24,000 nt of DNA from assembly GCA_035525495.1 (NCBI GenBank), contig DATLED010000089.1, forward strand, positions 8,319-32,318, given 5' to 3'. Position numbers and translations under genes: made by a program. Under the pieces are notes generated by a model, which had not been told where the DNA came from, ran no database searches, and saw only the letters and a program-made list of their open reading frames with translations. This DNA is from Acidimicrobiales bacterium. Its GTDB lineage: Bacteria > Actinomycetota > Acidimicrobiia > Acidimicrobiales > CADCTF01. This document shows positions 8,180-16,514 of this stretch, piece by piece. How positions within the stretch are numbered: the first letter of the stretch is position 1; each line of letters opens with the position of its first letter.

Positions 8180-8553
8180 GGCGCCCGCTCGACGCGCACC
8201 CGCACCGTCCGCTCGATGGTGTCGAGTCCCATCGGCCGCCGCAGGGACGGCGGCAGGAACCCGGGGCTTCGTGCCCGCACGGTCAGGACGACGTCCCGAC
8301 CGTCCGGCGGATCCGACCACTCGAGGTCGAAGCCCTCCCGATCGGCATACCCGCCCAGCACCTCGTGGATGTGCGCCTCCGCCGCGGCACGCGCCGATGC
8401 GCGATCGCCGGATGCGTCGAACCCCGCCGCCAATCGGGCGCCGTCGAACGCGGCTGCCGTCACCGCCGAGCGGGCGTACAGCCCGTACAGCACCTGCACG
8501 GCGAACAGGAGCAGGACGAGGAAGACGACCACCCCCGTGGTCGTCGACAGCAG
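8176..8553 (-). CDS. TadE-like pilus assembly protein (start uncertain)
   Basis: LLSTTTGVVVFLVLLLFAVQVLYGLYARSAVTAAAFDGARLAAGFDASGDRASARAAAEAHIHEVLGG; TadE-like arrangement. No ATG/GTG between the previous stop and the TM; candidate starts are CTG at 8553/8550 or GTG at 8532. Confidence 0.7.
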   Translation of the reverse strand: MLSTTTGVVVFLVLLLFAVQVLYGLYARSAVTAAAFDGARLAAGFDASGDRASARAAAEAHIHEVLGGYADREGFDLEWSDPPDGRDVVLTVRARSPGFLPPSLRRPMGLDTIERTVRVRVERAP

Positions 8554-8561
8554 CCCGGCGC

Positions 8562-8792
8562 CTACTTCCCGATCTGGTCCACCTGCTGGTCGACGTTCTT
8601 CTGCGTCTTGTCGAACGTCAGCTTGAACCCACCCCACACGGCGACCCCGAGGAACGCCATGATCAGCACGGCGATCGCCGCGGAGATCACGCCCTCGCCG
8701 ATCTCGCTGCGCACGACGCGGTCGCGCAGGCGCGGCTGGTCGGCCCGCAGGACGAGTTGCCAGACGTAGAGTCGCAACAGGTGCTCGGTCAT
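8562..8792 (-). CDS. 76-aa single-TM peptide between tadC and tadE genes; candidate Flp-type pilin or pilus accessory
   Basis: MTEHLLRLYVWQLVLRADQPRLRDRVVRSEIGEGVISAAIAVLIMAFLGVAVWGGFKLTFDKTQKNVDQQVDQIGK; AAGGAA-like Shine-Dalgarno upstream of ATG; size and TM layout like Flp pilins and syntenic within the tad operon. Confidence 0.75.
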   Translation of the reverse strand: MTEHLLRLYVWQLVLRADQPRLRDRVVRSEIGEGVISAAIAVLIMAFLGVAVWGGFKLTFDKTQKNVDQQVDQIGK

Positions 8793-8810
8793 TCGAGGTT
8801 CCTTTCGTCG

Positions 8811-9716
8811 TCACGATCCGGAGAAGAGGCGAAGCGCCTCGATAAACGGGATGGCCATGAAGATCACACCGGGCACGAGGGTCGCCACCGTGACCGGGAT
8901 CCAGACGGACTGGCTGCGGCGCTCCATCGTCTCGACGAGCTCGCGTTGCACGTCACGCCGGATGTTGCGGGCCTCGTCCGAGATGAGCCGTCCGAGGTCG
9001 CTCGCCTCGCGATTCAGCGCAAGGACGGGGACGAGCCGGTGCAGCGCGGTCACGTCGGCGGCGTCGGCCCACTCCCGCAACGCGTCGGCCTCCGACAACC
9101 CCTGGCGGATCCGTCCGACGACGCGGCGGAGGTCTTCGGCGCACGCGCCGCTCCCGCGCGCCGAGAGGCGTGTGAGCGCGGCGCCGAGCGAGTAGCCCGC
9201 GGACAGGAGCATCGCGAGCTGCTCGGCGAGCACGGGGAGCTCCAGGAAGAGACGACGTTGCCGAGCCGCCGATGCCCCTGATATCTGCTGCTCGACCAGC
9301 AGGAAGGCGAGGAGGGGGGCGGCGACGAGCAACAGGAGGGCAATGGGAGGCGGCGGCCGGAGCCCGACGACGCAGACAGCCGCGATGCCCGCGGCTGCGG
9401 TCATGCGGCCAACCTGGCGGATGCGGAACGTCGTCACATCGAGCGGCGAGTGCAGACGTTCCAGCTTCAGCGCCAGTTCCTCACTGACCCCGAACAGGCG
9501 GGCCAGACGCTCACCGATCGTGCGCGACAGCGGAGCGACGACGTCGCGGAAGGACTCGACCGACAAGAGGCCGGTCCGGTCGTCGGCGCCGAGGCCGCCC
9601 GGGGCATAGGGACGGAGTCGTTGTGTCAACGGTGCGCGTGCGAACCAGCGCACCTCGCTCAGCACGAGCGTCGCCCCGACCCAGAGCGGAAAGACGGCAG
9701 CAAGCGCGAGCCTCAT
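8811..9716 (-). CDS. tadC: Type II/IV secretion system inner-membrane protein, TadC-like (T2SSF domain)
   Basis: From ATG 9716: MRLALAAVFPLWVGATLVL...RRLFLELPVLAEQLAMLLSAGYSLGAALTRLSAR...LGRLISDEARNIRRDVQRELVETMERRSQSVWIPVTVATLVPGVIFMAIPFIEALR. Confidence 0.87.
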   Translation of the reverse strand: MRLALAAVFPLWVGATLVLSEVRWFARAPLTQRLRPYAPGGLGADDRTGLLSVESFRDVVAPLSRTIGERLARLFGVSEELALKLERLHSPLDVTTFRIRQVGRMTAAAGIAAVCVVGLRPPPPIALLLLVAAPLLAFLLVEQQISGASAARQRRLFLELPVLAEQLAMLLSAGYSLGAALTRLSARGSGACAEDLRRVVGRIRQGLSEADALREWADAADVTALHRLVPVLALNREASDLGRLISDEARNIRRDVQRELVETMERRSQSVWIPVTVATLVPGVIFMAIPFIEALRLFSGS

Positions 9717-10600
9717 GCGAAGACCCGCTCCTCTTCGGGGAGCTGCATCAGGCGACCCGCCCACATCCAGCACGCCACGACCACGGCGATGCCCACGGCC
9801 ACGAGCACCTGACCGGGCGCGGTCTGGTACGCGGCGCGACCCGTCCCGATCGACAGACCGGCGAGCGCCATGCCGAACGGGACGATGAGCACGAACCGTC
9901 GCGCGAAGCGCACCCCTGCCTGCTTTGCCTGTGCGTCCTTCCGGCCTTGGACGTCCTGGATGCGGTCCTCGGCCAGCGCCGCCAGCCGCCGATCCACGTC
10001 TGCGCCGCCCACGTCGTGGGCGACGAGCAAGGTCTCGCATGCCGCGTCGGCGGTCGGATCGGCGAGCCGCGCCTTGAGGACGGAGGTGGTGCGGGCGAAG
10101 TCGGTCGAGATCAGCCACTCTCGCTCGGCCGCGGCGAACGCCGGACGCAGCTCGGCCGGTGCCCGCCGGCCGACCTCGAGCAGGGCCTGGGGGATCGACC
10201 GTCCGAGGCTGCCGGTAAGGAGCCGGATCTCCTCGATCATCCGCGGCCACGACTCACGCGCTTCGGCGCGACGCCGGTCCCGTCGCGCCTTCGCCGACGC
10301 GGGCGGAAAGGTCGCCGCGAAGCCGCCGGCGAGCGCGGGCGCGACCACGCCGCCGAAGAGGATGTAGCCGATGGTGGCGCCGACGAGCACCAGGAAGGCG
10401 ACGACGGTGGCGAACTCGCGCGGACGCACGCCGTCGAGGCCCGACTGCGCCATCCACTCCTGCAGGCGCGCCGTCGGTACTTTCGCCGGTCTGTTCGTCG
10501 ACGCCGGTCCGAGGCCGACGCCGCGCCACCCCAGGACCAATGCCGTGTACAGGAGGAACACGCCGTAGGCGCCGAGGACCGCAAGCAGGAGACCCGTCAT
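9713..10600 (-). CDS. tadB: Type II/IV secretion system inner-membrane protein, TadB-like (T2SSF domain)
   Basis: SWPRMIEEIRLLTGSLGRSIPQALLEVGRRAPAELRPAFAAAEREWLISTDFARTTSVLKARLADPTADAACETLLVAHDVGG plus C-terminal TM helices; ATGA overlap with tadC. Confidence 0.87.
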   Translation of the reverse strand: MTGLLLAVLGAYGVFLLYTALVLGWRGVGLGPASTNRPAKVPTARLQEWMAQSGLDGVRPREFATVVAFLVLVGATIGYILFGGVVAPALAGGFAATFPPASAKARRDRRRAEARESWPRMIEEIRLLTGSLGRSIPQALLEVGRRAPAELRPAFAAAEREWLISTDFARTTSVLKARLADPTADAACETLLVAHDVGGADVDRRLAALAEDRIQDVQGRKDAQAKQAGVRFARRFVLIVPFGMALAGLSIGTGRAAYQTAPGQVLVAVGIAVVVACWMWAGRLMQLPEEERVFA

Positions 10601-10604
10601 CGGC

Positions 10605-11900
10605 TCAGCGGACGGCGAACGCGTCGAGCAGGGCTCCGACGTCGTAGCCGGCGAGCTCGAGCGGCCGGGCGATCCGCACTGGGAGGTTGCCCGTCCAGTG
10701 CAGCGGCTTGTCGCTGCGCTCTCGCTGGTAGAGATCCGTGACGGTGAAGTTCGTCGATTCCCGACTGGTCTGCAGGTCCTCGACGGCGATGATCTCGGTG
10801 ACCTGCGGCCGTCCGCCGGAGCGGGCGCAGTGGACCACGAGGTCGATCGACTCGCTGACGAGGCTGTTGAGCGCCGACATCGGTAGCTCGTTCGCCGTGT
10901 CGGCGAGCTGACTGATGAAGCGCAGGCGGGTCAGGGCCTGGCGGGCGCTGCCTGCATGGATCGTCGTGTAGCCCTTCACCCCGGAGCTGAGCGTGAGCAG
11001 GAGGGGAAGCGCTTCGCGGTCGCGCACCTCGCCGACGATGGCGATGTCGGGTGCCATGCGGAGGAAGCCGGCGACAAGGCGGCGGAGGTCGACCTCGGGG
11101 CGATCGGTGCGGGCGGGCCGTGTCTGCATGTGCGCGACGTTCGGGAGCGGCACGTCGGTCTCGAAGACCTCTTCCGCGACGACGACCCTCAGCGCCGGGT
11201 CGAGCTCGGCGGCGCAGCACGACATGAGCGTCGTCTTGCCGGAGCCTGGCGCGCCGGCGAAGAGGATCGTGAGCTTCGCTCCGACGCACGCGCGCAGGAA
11301 ACCGGCGACAGGTGCGTCGAGCATGTCGCGCTCGACGAGCTCGTCGAGGCTGCGAATGGCGAGACCGTTGAACTTGCGAATGTTGACGAGGACGTGACCA
11401 TCGCGTCCGACGTCGCCGTGCACGATGTGGATGCGGGCGCCGGTGTCGAGCTGTGCGTCCTGCAGCCCTTCGGCGGCGTCGAGCTTGCGGTGGGAACCGG
11501 CGGCGTCGTCGAGGATCTTCGTCAACGTGCGGAGGACGTGTTCGTCGTCGTGGAACGCTTCCTCGTGATAGCCGGAGACGCCCTGGTGACGCTTGACGAA
11601 CACCTCGGCCGGCGCGTTGATCATGATCTCCCAGACATCGTCGTCGTCGAGGAGCGCCTGGAGCGGCCCGTAGGCGGCAAGGTTCCGGTAGGTGCGCTCG
11701 ACGACGAGGTCGGGGTCGGGGAGGTCGTAGGGGCGCAGGCCGCGCTTGAAATCGTCGGACCACCGGCCGACCTCGTCCTCGATCAGCGAATGGATCTGCG
11801 ACGAACCTTCGGGCTTCGCCATGTCAATGGCGAGCGTCTTCGCGCGCTCTTGCACGGCGCGTTCGATCTCGACCAGCGGCGAGAGATCAGCGTCCGCCAT
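10605..11900 (-). CDS. cpaF: CpaF/TadA family pilus assembly ATPase
   Basis: YGPLQALLDDDDVWEIMINAPAEVFVKRHQG; Walker A FAGAPGSGKTTLM; FLRMAPDIAIVGEVRDREALPLLLTLSSGVKGYTTIHAGSARQALTRLRF. ATG at 11900 preceded by GGAG. Confidence 0.95.
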   Translation of the reverse strand: MADADLSPLVEIERAVQERAKTLAIDMAKPEGSSQIHSLIEDEVGRWSDDFKRGLRPYDLPDPDLVVERTYRNLAAYGPLQALLDDDDVWEIMINAPAEVFVKRHQGVSGYHEEAFHDDEHVLRTLTKILDDAAGSHRKLDAAEGLQDAQLDTGARIHIVHGDVGRDGHVLVNIRKFNGLAIRSLDELVERDMLDAPVAGFLRACVGAKLTILFAGAPGSGKTTLMSCCAAELDPALRVVVAEEVFETDVPLPNVAHMQTRPARTDRPEVDLRRLVAGFLRMAPDIAIVGEVRDREALPLLLTLSSGVKGYTTIHAGSARQALTRLRFISQLADTANELPMSALNSLVSESIDLVVHCARSGGRPQVTEIIAVEDLQTSRESTNFTVTDLYQRERSDKPLHWTGNLPVRIARPLELAGYDVGALLDAFAVR

Positions 11901-11989
11901 CAGCCCGGCTCCGAGATGAGGGCTCCGCAACCGGACGACGTTGGCCACAATTCGTGGTTCGCCTTCGGGGTGCGACCTTCCTGCCGCAC

Positions 11990-12008
11990 GCCGCAGTGGT
12001 CCTGCGGC
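11990..12008. repeat. Short inverted repeat in the cpaF 5' region
   Basis: GCCGCAG-tggtc-CTGCGGC, 7-bp perfect stem, 5-nt loop. Confidence 0.4.
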
Positions 12009-12038
12009 ATCTCCCTTGCGTAGCAATGCATGAAAATC

Positions 12039-12044
12039 ACTATA
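12039..12044 (-). promoter_or_regulatory. Possible -10 box for the tad operon
   Basis: Minus strand reads GGTAGTTATAGTGATTTTCATG; TATAGT is 5/6 to TATAAT in an otherwise GC-rich region. No convincing -35. Confidence 0.3.
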
Positions 12045-12125
12045 ACTACCGGAACCGTGCGCCTGCAGTGGTTCGACGGAGACCTCCCGGCCTTCTCGGT
12101 AGCGGTCCCGGTGCCGAGACACGCT

Positions 12126-12382
12126 CCTCGCGCGGCAAGGTGAAGTCCGAGGGCGTCAACCAGCGACAGGGCTCGGAGCTGTCCTCGAGCTGAGAGCGCC
12201 GCTTGGAGTTCCAGGCTGCGCCGTTGGTCGGCGTCGGTGACGGCGACGGTCGGCTCGAAGGTGACCGGGGCGCACACGCCAACGCGTCGCTCGGCCGCTC
12301 GTGGGGCGAAGGCGGCAGCGACCGGCGGCTTGGAAAGGCGGGCGAAGACGCTGGTGTCGGCGAGGTAGGCCAGTCGGCCCAC
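12126..12382 (-). pseudogene. Decayed VapC-like PIN-domain toxin gene remnant
   Basis: Minus frame: VGRLAYLADTSVFARLSKPPVAAAFAPRAAERRVGVCAPVTFE...LELQAALSARGQLRALSLVDAL; recognisable PIN N-terminus and middle motif, but the ~45-aa central part and the C-terminal acidic motif (HYDADF-like) are missing. Confidence 0.6.
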
Positions 12383-12402
12383 TCCATCGTCGCGCGCCCG
12401 CG

Positions 12403-12447
12403 TCTGGGCGGGGTCAACCACCGCCCGGGTGGTTCAGCCCGCCCAGA
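12403..12447. terminator. Long near-perfect hairpin downstream of era; possible factor-independent or bidirectional terminator, or structured element
   Basis: TCTGGGCGGG-gtc-AACCACC-gcccg-GGTGGTT-cag-CCCGCCCAGA: 10 bp + 7 bp stems, 3x3 internal loop, 5-nt loop. No U-tract, so the terminator role is tentative. Confidence 0.55.
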
Positions 12448-12485
12448 ACAGCGGCGACCACGATCACCCCAGCTTCGGCACCCCG

Positions 12486-13322
12486 TCAGAACCCCAATCG
12501 CTCGAGCGCCTTGGGTCGGCGCTGCCAGTCCTTGTCGACCTTGACGAAGAGCTCGAGGTACGCCCCGTCGGGCAGCTGCGCACGCACGGCCTGACCGACC
12601 GCCTTCAGCACGGACCCGCCCTTCCCGATCACGATCCCCTTCTGGGAGTCCCGCTCCACGAGGATCTCGCACCGGATCAGCGGCCACTCCCACTCGGTCA
12701 CCCGGGTGGCGATCGAATGCGGCAGCTCCTGCTGGGCCACGATCAGCAGCTGCTCCCGCACCAGCTCCGCCACCCAGAACGCCTCGGGCACATCGGTGAC
12801 CATGTCGTCGGGATACAGCTGCGGGCCCTGCGGCATCCGGCCGACGATCGCCGAGACCAACGCGTCCACGCCGTCACCCGTCGAGGCCGACAGCGGGAAG
12901 TACTCCGCCTTCTCGAGCCCCCCGGCCGCGGCCAGCTGGCGCAGCACCTGCTCGGGCGACGCGAGGTCGACCTTGTTGACCACGACGAAGGAGTCGGCCG
13001 GCACCCGCGAGGCCACCCAACGATCGCCCTTTCCGACGGGCGCCGTCGCGTCAAGCACGAGCACGACGACGTCGACATCGGACACGGCGTCTTGCGCGGT
13101 GTCGTTCAGCCGCTCGCCCAACAACGTCCGCGGCTTGTGGATCCCCGGCGTGTCCACGAACACCACCTGGGAGTCGATCCGCGTCAGCACGCCGCGAACC
13201 TGCGAGCGGGTCGTCTGGGGCTTGTCGGAGACGATCGACACCTTGGTGCCGAGGATCCGGTTCAGCAGCGTCGACTTCCCGACGTTGGGCCGTCCGACGA
13301 ATGTGGCGAACCCGGAGCGCAT
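12486..13322 (-). CDS. era: GTPase Era
   Basis: From ATG 13322: MRSGFATFVGRPNVGKSTLLNRILGTKVSIVSDKPQTTRSQVRGVLT...VFVDTPGIHKPRT, NKVD, and KH domain GIVIGKGGSVLKAVGQAVR. Confidence 0.97.
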   Translation of the reverse strand: MRSGFATFVGRPNVGKSTLLNRILGTKVSIVSDKPQTTRSQVRGVLTRIDSQVVFVDTPGIHKPRTLLGERLNDTAQDAVSDVDVVVLVLDATAPVGKGDRWVASRVPADSFVVVNKVDLASPEQVLRQLAAAGGLEKAEYFPLSASTGDGVDALVSAIVGRMPQGPQLYPDDMVTDVPEAFWVAELVREQLLIVAQQELPHSIATRVTEWEWPLIRCEILVERDSQKGIVIGKGGSVLKAVGQAVRAQLPDGAYLELFVKVDKDWQRRPKALERLGF

Positions 13323-13332
13323 CGGTTCGACG

Positions 13333-14613
13333 CTACGACGACTCGTCGGAGGACGGCACCGGGGCCGGCACCCGCAGGATGCGGACCCGCCCGATGCGCC
13401 GCCCCTGCACCTTCTCCGCCACCAGTCGGTAGCCGTCGTGCTCGACTCCCTCGCCCTCGGTCGGCACGTGACCCAACAGGTTGAACACGAACCCACCGAT
13501 CGTGTCCCAGTCGCCCTCGGGGAAATCGGCGGCGACGAGCTCGTTGACCTCGTCCAACGGCATGCGGGCGTTCACGCGATACGCGCCACCCGTGAGCGCC
13601 TCGATCGAGGGCTCCTCGACGTCGAACTCGTCCACGATCTCACCGACGAGCTCCTCGATGAGGTCCTCGAGGGTCACGAGGCCGGCGGTTCCGCCGTACT
13701 CGTCCACGACGATGGCGATGTGGAACTTGTCCTTCTGCATCTCCCGCATGAGCTCCGCGACCTTCTTGCCTTCCGGCACGAACTCCGCCTTTCGGGCGAC
13801 GTCCCGGGCGGTGCGGTCACCGCGCTCGTCCTCGCGCATCGTGCGCATGAGGTCCTTCGTGTAGACGATCCCGATCACGTCGTCGATCCCCTGGTCGTAG
13901 ACGGGAATGCGGGAGAAACCGGCAGCGATCGCGACTTCGAGCACGTCGCTGACACGATCCCGACCCTCGACCGCCACCATGTCAGGCCGCGGCACCATCA
14001 CCTCGCGCGCCACGGTGTCGCCGAACTCGATGATCGAACGGATCAGCGCCCGCTCCTCGTGCTCGATCGTCTCGTCCTCGGTGGCGACGTCGACCGTCGC
14101 CAACAGCTCCTCCTCGGACACGAACGGACCGGACTGCAGTCCCTTGCCGGGGAGGATCACGTTCGACAGGCCGATCAGCAAGCGCGCCAGCAACCGGATC
14201 GGAGGGAAGTTGACGATGGCGGCGACGATCGGCGCCGCCAGCAGCGCGGCCCGTTCGGGGTGCTGCACCGCCCACGTCTTCGGCGCCGCCTCGGCGAGCA
14301 CGAAGATGACGACGACCTCGATGAAGGTCGCGATGACGATGCCCCACGCGCCGTACTGCTCGAAGAGGATCCCGACGAGGATCGAGGCCACGATGTGGCA
14401 CACGAGCAACAGCAGCAGAACCGGGTTGAGGAACCGTTCGGGGTGCTCGACGAGGCTCGTGAGCAACCCGGCGCCGCGCCGACCCTGATCCGCGAGCGTC
14501 TGTGCCTTGATCCGGTTCATCCGCGTGAGGCTCGTCTCGGCCAGAGCCAGGAAGCCGGCGAGGACGATCAGGCCGAGGATGGCGACGAGGACGCCGATGT
14601 CCGCGCCGGTCAC
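13333..14613 (-). CDS. HlyC/CorC family transporter (DUF21/CNNM domain, CBS pair, CorC/HlyC domain)
   Basis: VTGADIGVLVAILGLIVLAGFLALAETSLTRMNRIKAQ...FGDTVAREVMVPRPDMVAVE...HIAIVVDEYGGTAGLVTLEDLIEELVGEIVDEFD. GTGA overlap with the ybeY stop. Confidence 0.93.
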   Translation of the reverse strand: MTGADIGVLVAILGLIVLAGFLALAETSLTRMNRIKAQTLADQGRRGAGLLTSLVEHPERFLNPVLLLLLVCHIVASILVGILFEQYGAWGIVIATFIEVVVIFVLAEAAPKTWAVQHPERAALLAAPIVAAIVNFPPIRLLARLLIGLSNVILPGKGLQSGPFVSEEELLATVDVATEDETIEHEERALIRSIIEFGDTVAREVMVPRPDMVAVEGRDRVSDVLEVAIAAGFSRIPVYDQGIDDVIGIVYTKDLMRTMREDERGDRTARDVARKAEFVPEGKKVAELMREMQKDKFHIAIVVDEYGGTAGLVTLEDLIEELVGEIVDEFDVEEPSIEALTGGAYRVNARMPLDEVNELVAADFPEGDWDTIGGFVFNLLGHVPTEGEGVEHDGYRLVAEKVQGRRIGRVRILRVPAPVPSSDESS

Positions 14614-15131
14614 GAGGGCGAGCCCGACGAATTGCGGTGGAACCGGTCGAGGAGCTCCTGCTCGCGCTGTTCCATCAGCTCGGCCTCCTCGTCCTCGAGA
14701 TGGTCCATTCCGAGGAGGTGCAGGATCCCGTGGACGATCAACAGCGCGAGCTCGTCGTCGTAGGTGCCCGCGTGCTCGGGCGCGTTTCGGTGGGCGACGA
14801 GCGGGCACACGACCACGTCGCCCAGCATCATCGGCATGTCCGACGGCTCGATGGCGCTGTAGCCGGGACCGGTGCCGCCGGAGTCGGGCGACCGACCACC
14901 CTCGACGGGTTCCTCGTCGATCGGGAAGGCGAGGACGTCGGTCGGTCCGTCCTTGCCGTGGAACTGCTTGTTGAGGCCGGCCATCACCTCCTCGGCGACG
15001 AAGAGCATCGACAGCTCGCAGTCGTCGCGGATGCCTTCGGCGAGCAGCACGTCGGTCGCCAGGCGCACCCATCGCATCGTGTCGACCGGCCTGTCCGTCT
15101 GCTCGTCGGCGATGAACACCTCGATCCCCAT
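14610..15131 (-). CDS. ybeY: Endoribonuclease YbeY
   Basis: HGKDGPTDVLAFPID and LLIVHGILHLLGMDHLEDEEAELME (HxxxHxxxxxH-type zinc site). Confidence 0.95.
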   Translation of the reverse strand: MGIEVFIADEQTDRPVDTMRWVRLATDVLLAEGIRDDCELSMLFVAEEVMAGLNKQFHGKDGPTDVLAFPIDEEPVEGGRSPDSGGTGPGYSAIEPSDMPMMLGDVVVCPLVAHRNAPEHAGTYDDELALLIVHGILHLLGMDHLEDEEAELMEQREQELLDRFHRNSSGSPS

Positions 15132-15133
15132 CG

Positions 15134-16111
15134 CTACGGTTTGACCCCGAGTGACCTCGCGTGGTCGTAGGCGTTGACGATGTCCTGCACGATCTTGTGG
15201 CGGACGACGTCGCTGGCGTCGAGGCGGACGAATGCGAGGCCGTCGATGCCGGTGAGGATCTGTTCGAGGTTGATGAGCCCGGACTTGCCCCCCTCGAGGT
15301 CGACTTGGGTGACGTCGCCGGTGACGACCGCCTTGCTCCCGAAGCCGATGCGGGTGAGGAACATCTTCATCTGTTCGGGCGTCGTGTTCTGCGCCTCGTC
15401 GAGGATGATGAAGCTGCCGTTCAGTGTGCGCCCACGCATGTAGGCGAGAGGCGCGATCTCGATGGCGCCCTTCTCCATGAGGCGAGGGACGGCATCGGTT
15501 CCGAGCATGTCGAAGAGGGCGTCGTAGAGCGGACGGAGGTACGGGTCGACCTTGGCCATGAGGTCGCCGGGCAGGAAGCCGAGTCGCTCGCCGGCCTCGA
15601 CCGCAGGGCGGGTGAGGATGATCCGCTCGACCTGCTTGGCCTGCAGCGCCTGCACCGCCAGCGCCACGGCAAGGTACGACTTGCCGGTGCCGGCGGGGCC
15701 GATGCCGAAGGTCACCGTGTGGTGGAGGATGGCGTCGGTGTAGCGCTTCTGCCCGCTCGTCTTCGGGCGAACCATGCGACCCCGCGCCGACTTGAGGATG
15801 TCACTGGTGAGGATCTCCGACGGGCGCTCGTCGGCCTTCACCATATCGATCGTGCGACCGATGTTGGCGACGTCGACGGAATTGCCCGCCTGCAGCAGCA
15901 GCACGAGCTCCTGAAAGAGACGCGCCACCCGCTCGGCCTGCGGGCCCTCGACGGTGATCTCGTTGCCCCGCACGTGGATGGGGGTGTCCGGGAACGCCGT
16001 CTCGACGAGCCGCAACAGCTCGTCGCGTTCACCGAGCAGCCCCACCATCAGGTGGTTGCCGGGGACCAGGACCTTCACCTGGGACGGGGTCGTACTTGGG
16101 GAGGTGGACAC
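15134..16111 (-). CDS. PhoH family ATPase
   Basis: FGIGPAGTGKSYLAVALAVQALQAKQVERIILTRPAVEAGERLGFLPGDLMAKVDPYLRPLYDAL...SFIILDEAQNTTPEQMKMFLTRIGFGSKAVVTGDVTQVDL. Confidence 0.97.
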   Translation of the reverse strand: MSTSPSTTPSQVKVLVPGNHLMVGLLGERDELLRLVETAFPDTPIHVRGNEITVEGPQAERVARLFQELVLLLQAGNSVDVANIGRTIDMVKADERPSEILTSDILKSARGRMVRPKTSGQKRYTDAILHHTVTFGIGPAGTGKSYLAVALAVQALQAKQVERIILTRPAVEAGERLGFLPGDLMAKVDPYLRPLYDALFDMLGTDAVPRLMEKGAIEIAPLAYMRGRTLNGSFIILDEAQNTTPEQMKMFLTRIGFGSKAVVTGDVTQVDLEGGKSGLINLEQILTGIDGLAFVRLDASDVVRHKIVQDIVNAYDHARSLGVKP

Positions 16112-16136
16112 AGGTGGATTCGGATCGATGCTAGCC

Positions 16137-16490
16137 CTACCCGGGCGGCCAGCCCATGGTGCGCCCGCCGAGGACGTGCAGGTGGAGGTGGGGGACGGTG
16201 TTGCCGCTGTCGCGCCCGACGTTGAACACGAGGCGGTAGCCGCGCTCGTCGAGTCCCTCCTCGGTCACCACCTGTCGCGCGAGGGCGAACACTCCGGCGA
16301 GGTCGGTGGAATCAGCAGCGGCGTCGATCGTGCCCGCGTCCGTGATGTGCCGGCGCGGGATGACGAGGACGTGGCTGGGCATCGCCGGGTTGACGTCGCG
16401 GAACGCATAGGCGAGCTCGCTTTCGGCCACGATCGTGCTCGGGATCGTGCCGGCGAGGATCTTGCAGAACAGGCAGTCGGGATCGTCCAC
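16137..16490 (-). CDS. HIT family protein (HinT-like)
   Basis: From GTG 16490: VDDPDCLFCKILAGTIPSTIVAESELAYAFRDVNPAMPSHVLVIPRRHI...GNTVPHLHLHVLGGRTMGWPPG*; HxHxHxx motif. A slightly upstream TTG start is possible. Confidence 0.92.
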   Translation of the reverse strand: MDDPDCLFCKILAGTIPSTIVAESELAYAFRDVNPAMPSHVLVIPRRHITDAGTIDAAADSTDLAGVFALARQVVTEEGLDERGYRLVFNVGRDSGNTVPHLHLHVLGGRTMGWPPG

Positions 16491-16514
16491 GCTGGGCAAC
16501 GTAGGTTGCGGGAC

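Noticed and set aside
7308-9281. 657-aa + strand ORF
   Set aside because: Low-complexity S/R/P/T-rich antisense of the tadC/tadE/tadG region, no domain logic.
11900-12125. C-terminal half of minus ORF 11900-12421 as an extension of the PIN protein
   Set aside because: Sequence after SLVDAL (GLHLAARGACLGTGTATEKAGRSPSNHC...) has no PIN features and runs through the candidate cpaF promoter/leader, consistent with read-through of a decayed gene.
12706-14763. 685-aa + strand ORF
   Set aside because: Runs antisense across era, corC-like and part of ybeY, all of which have diagnostic motifs on the minus strand.
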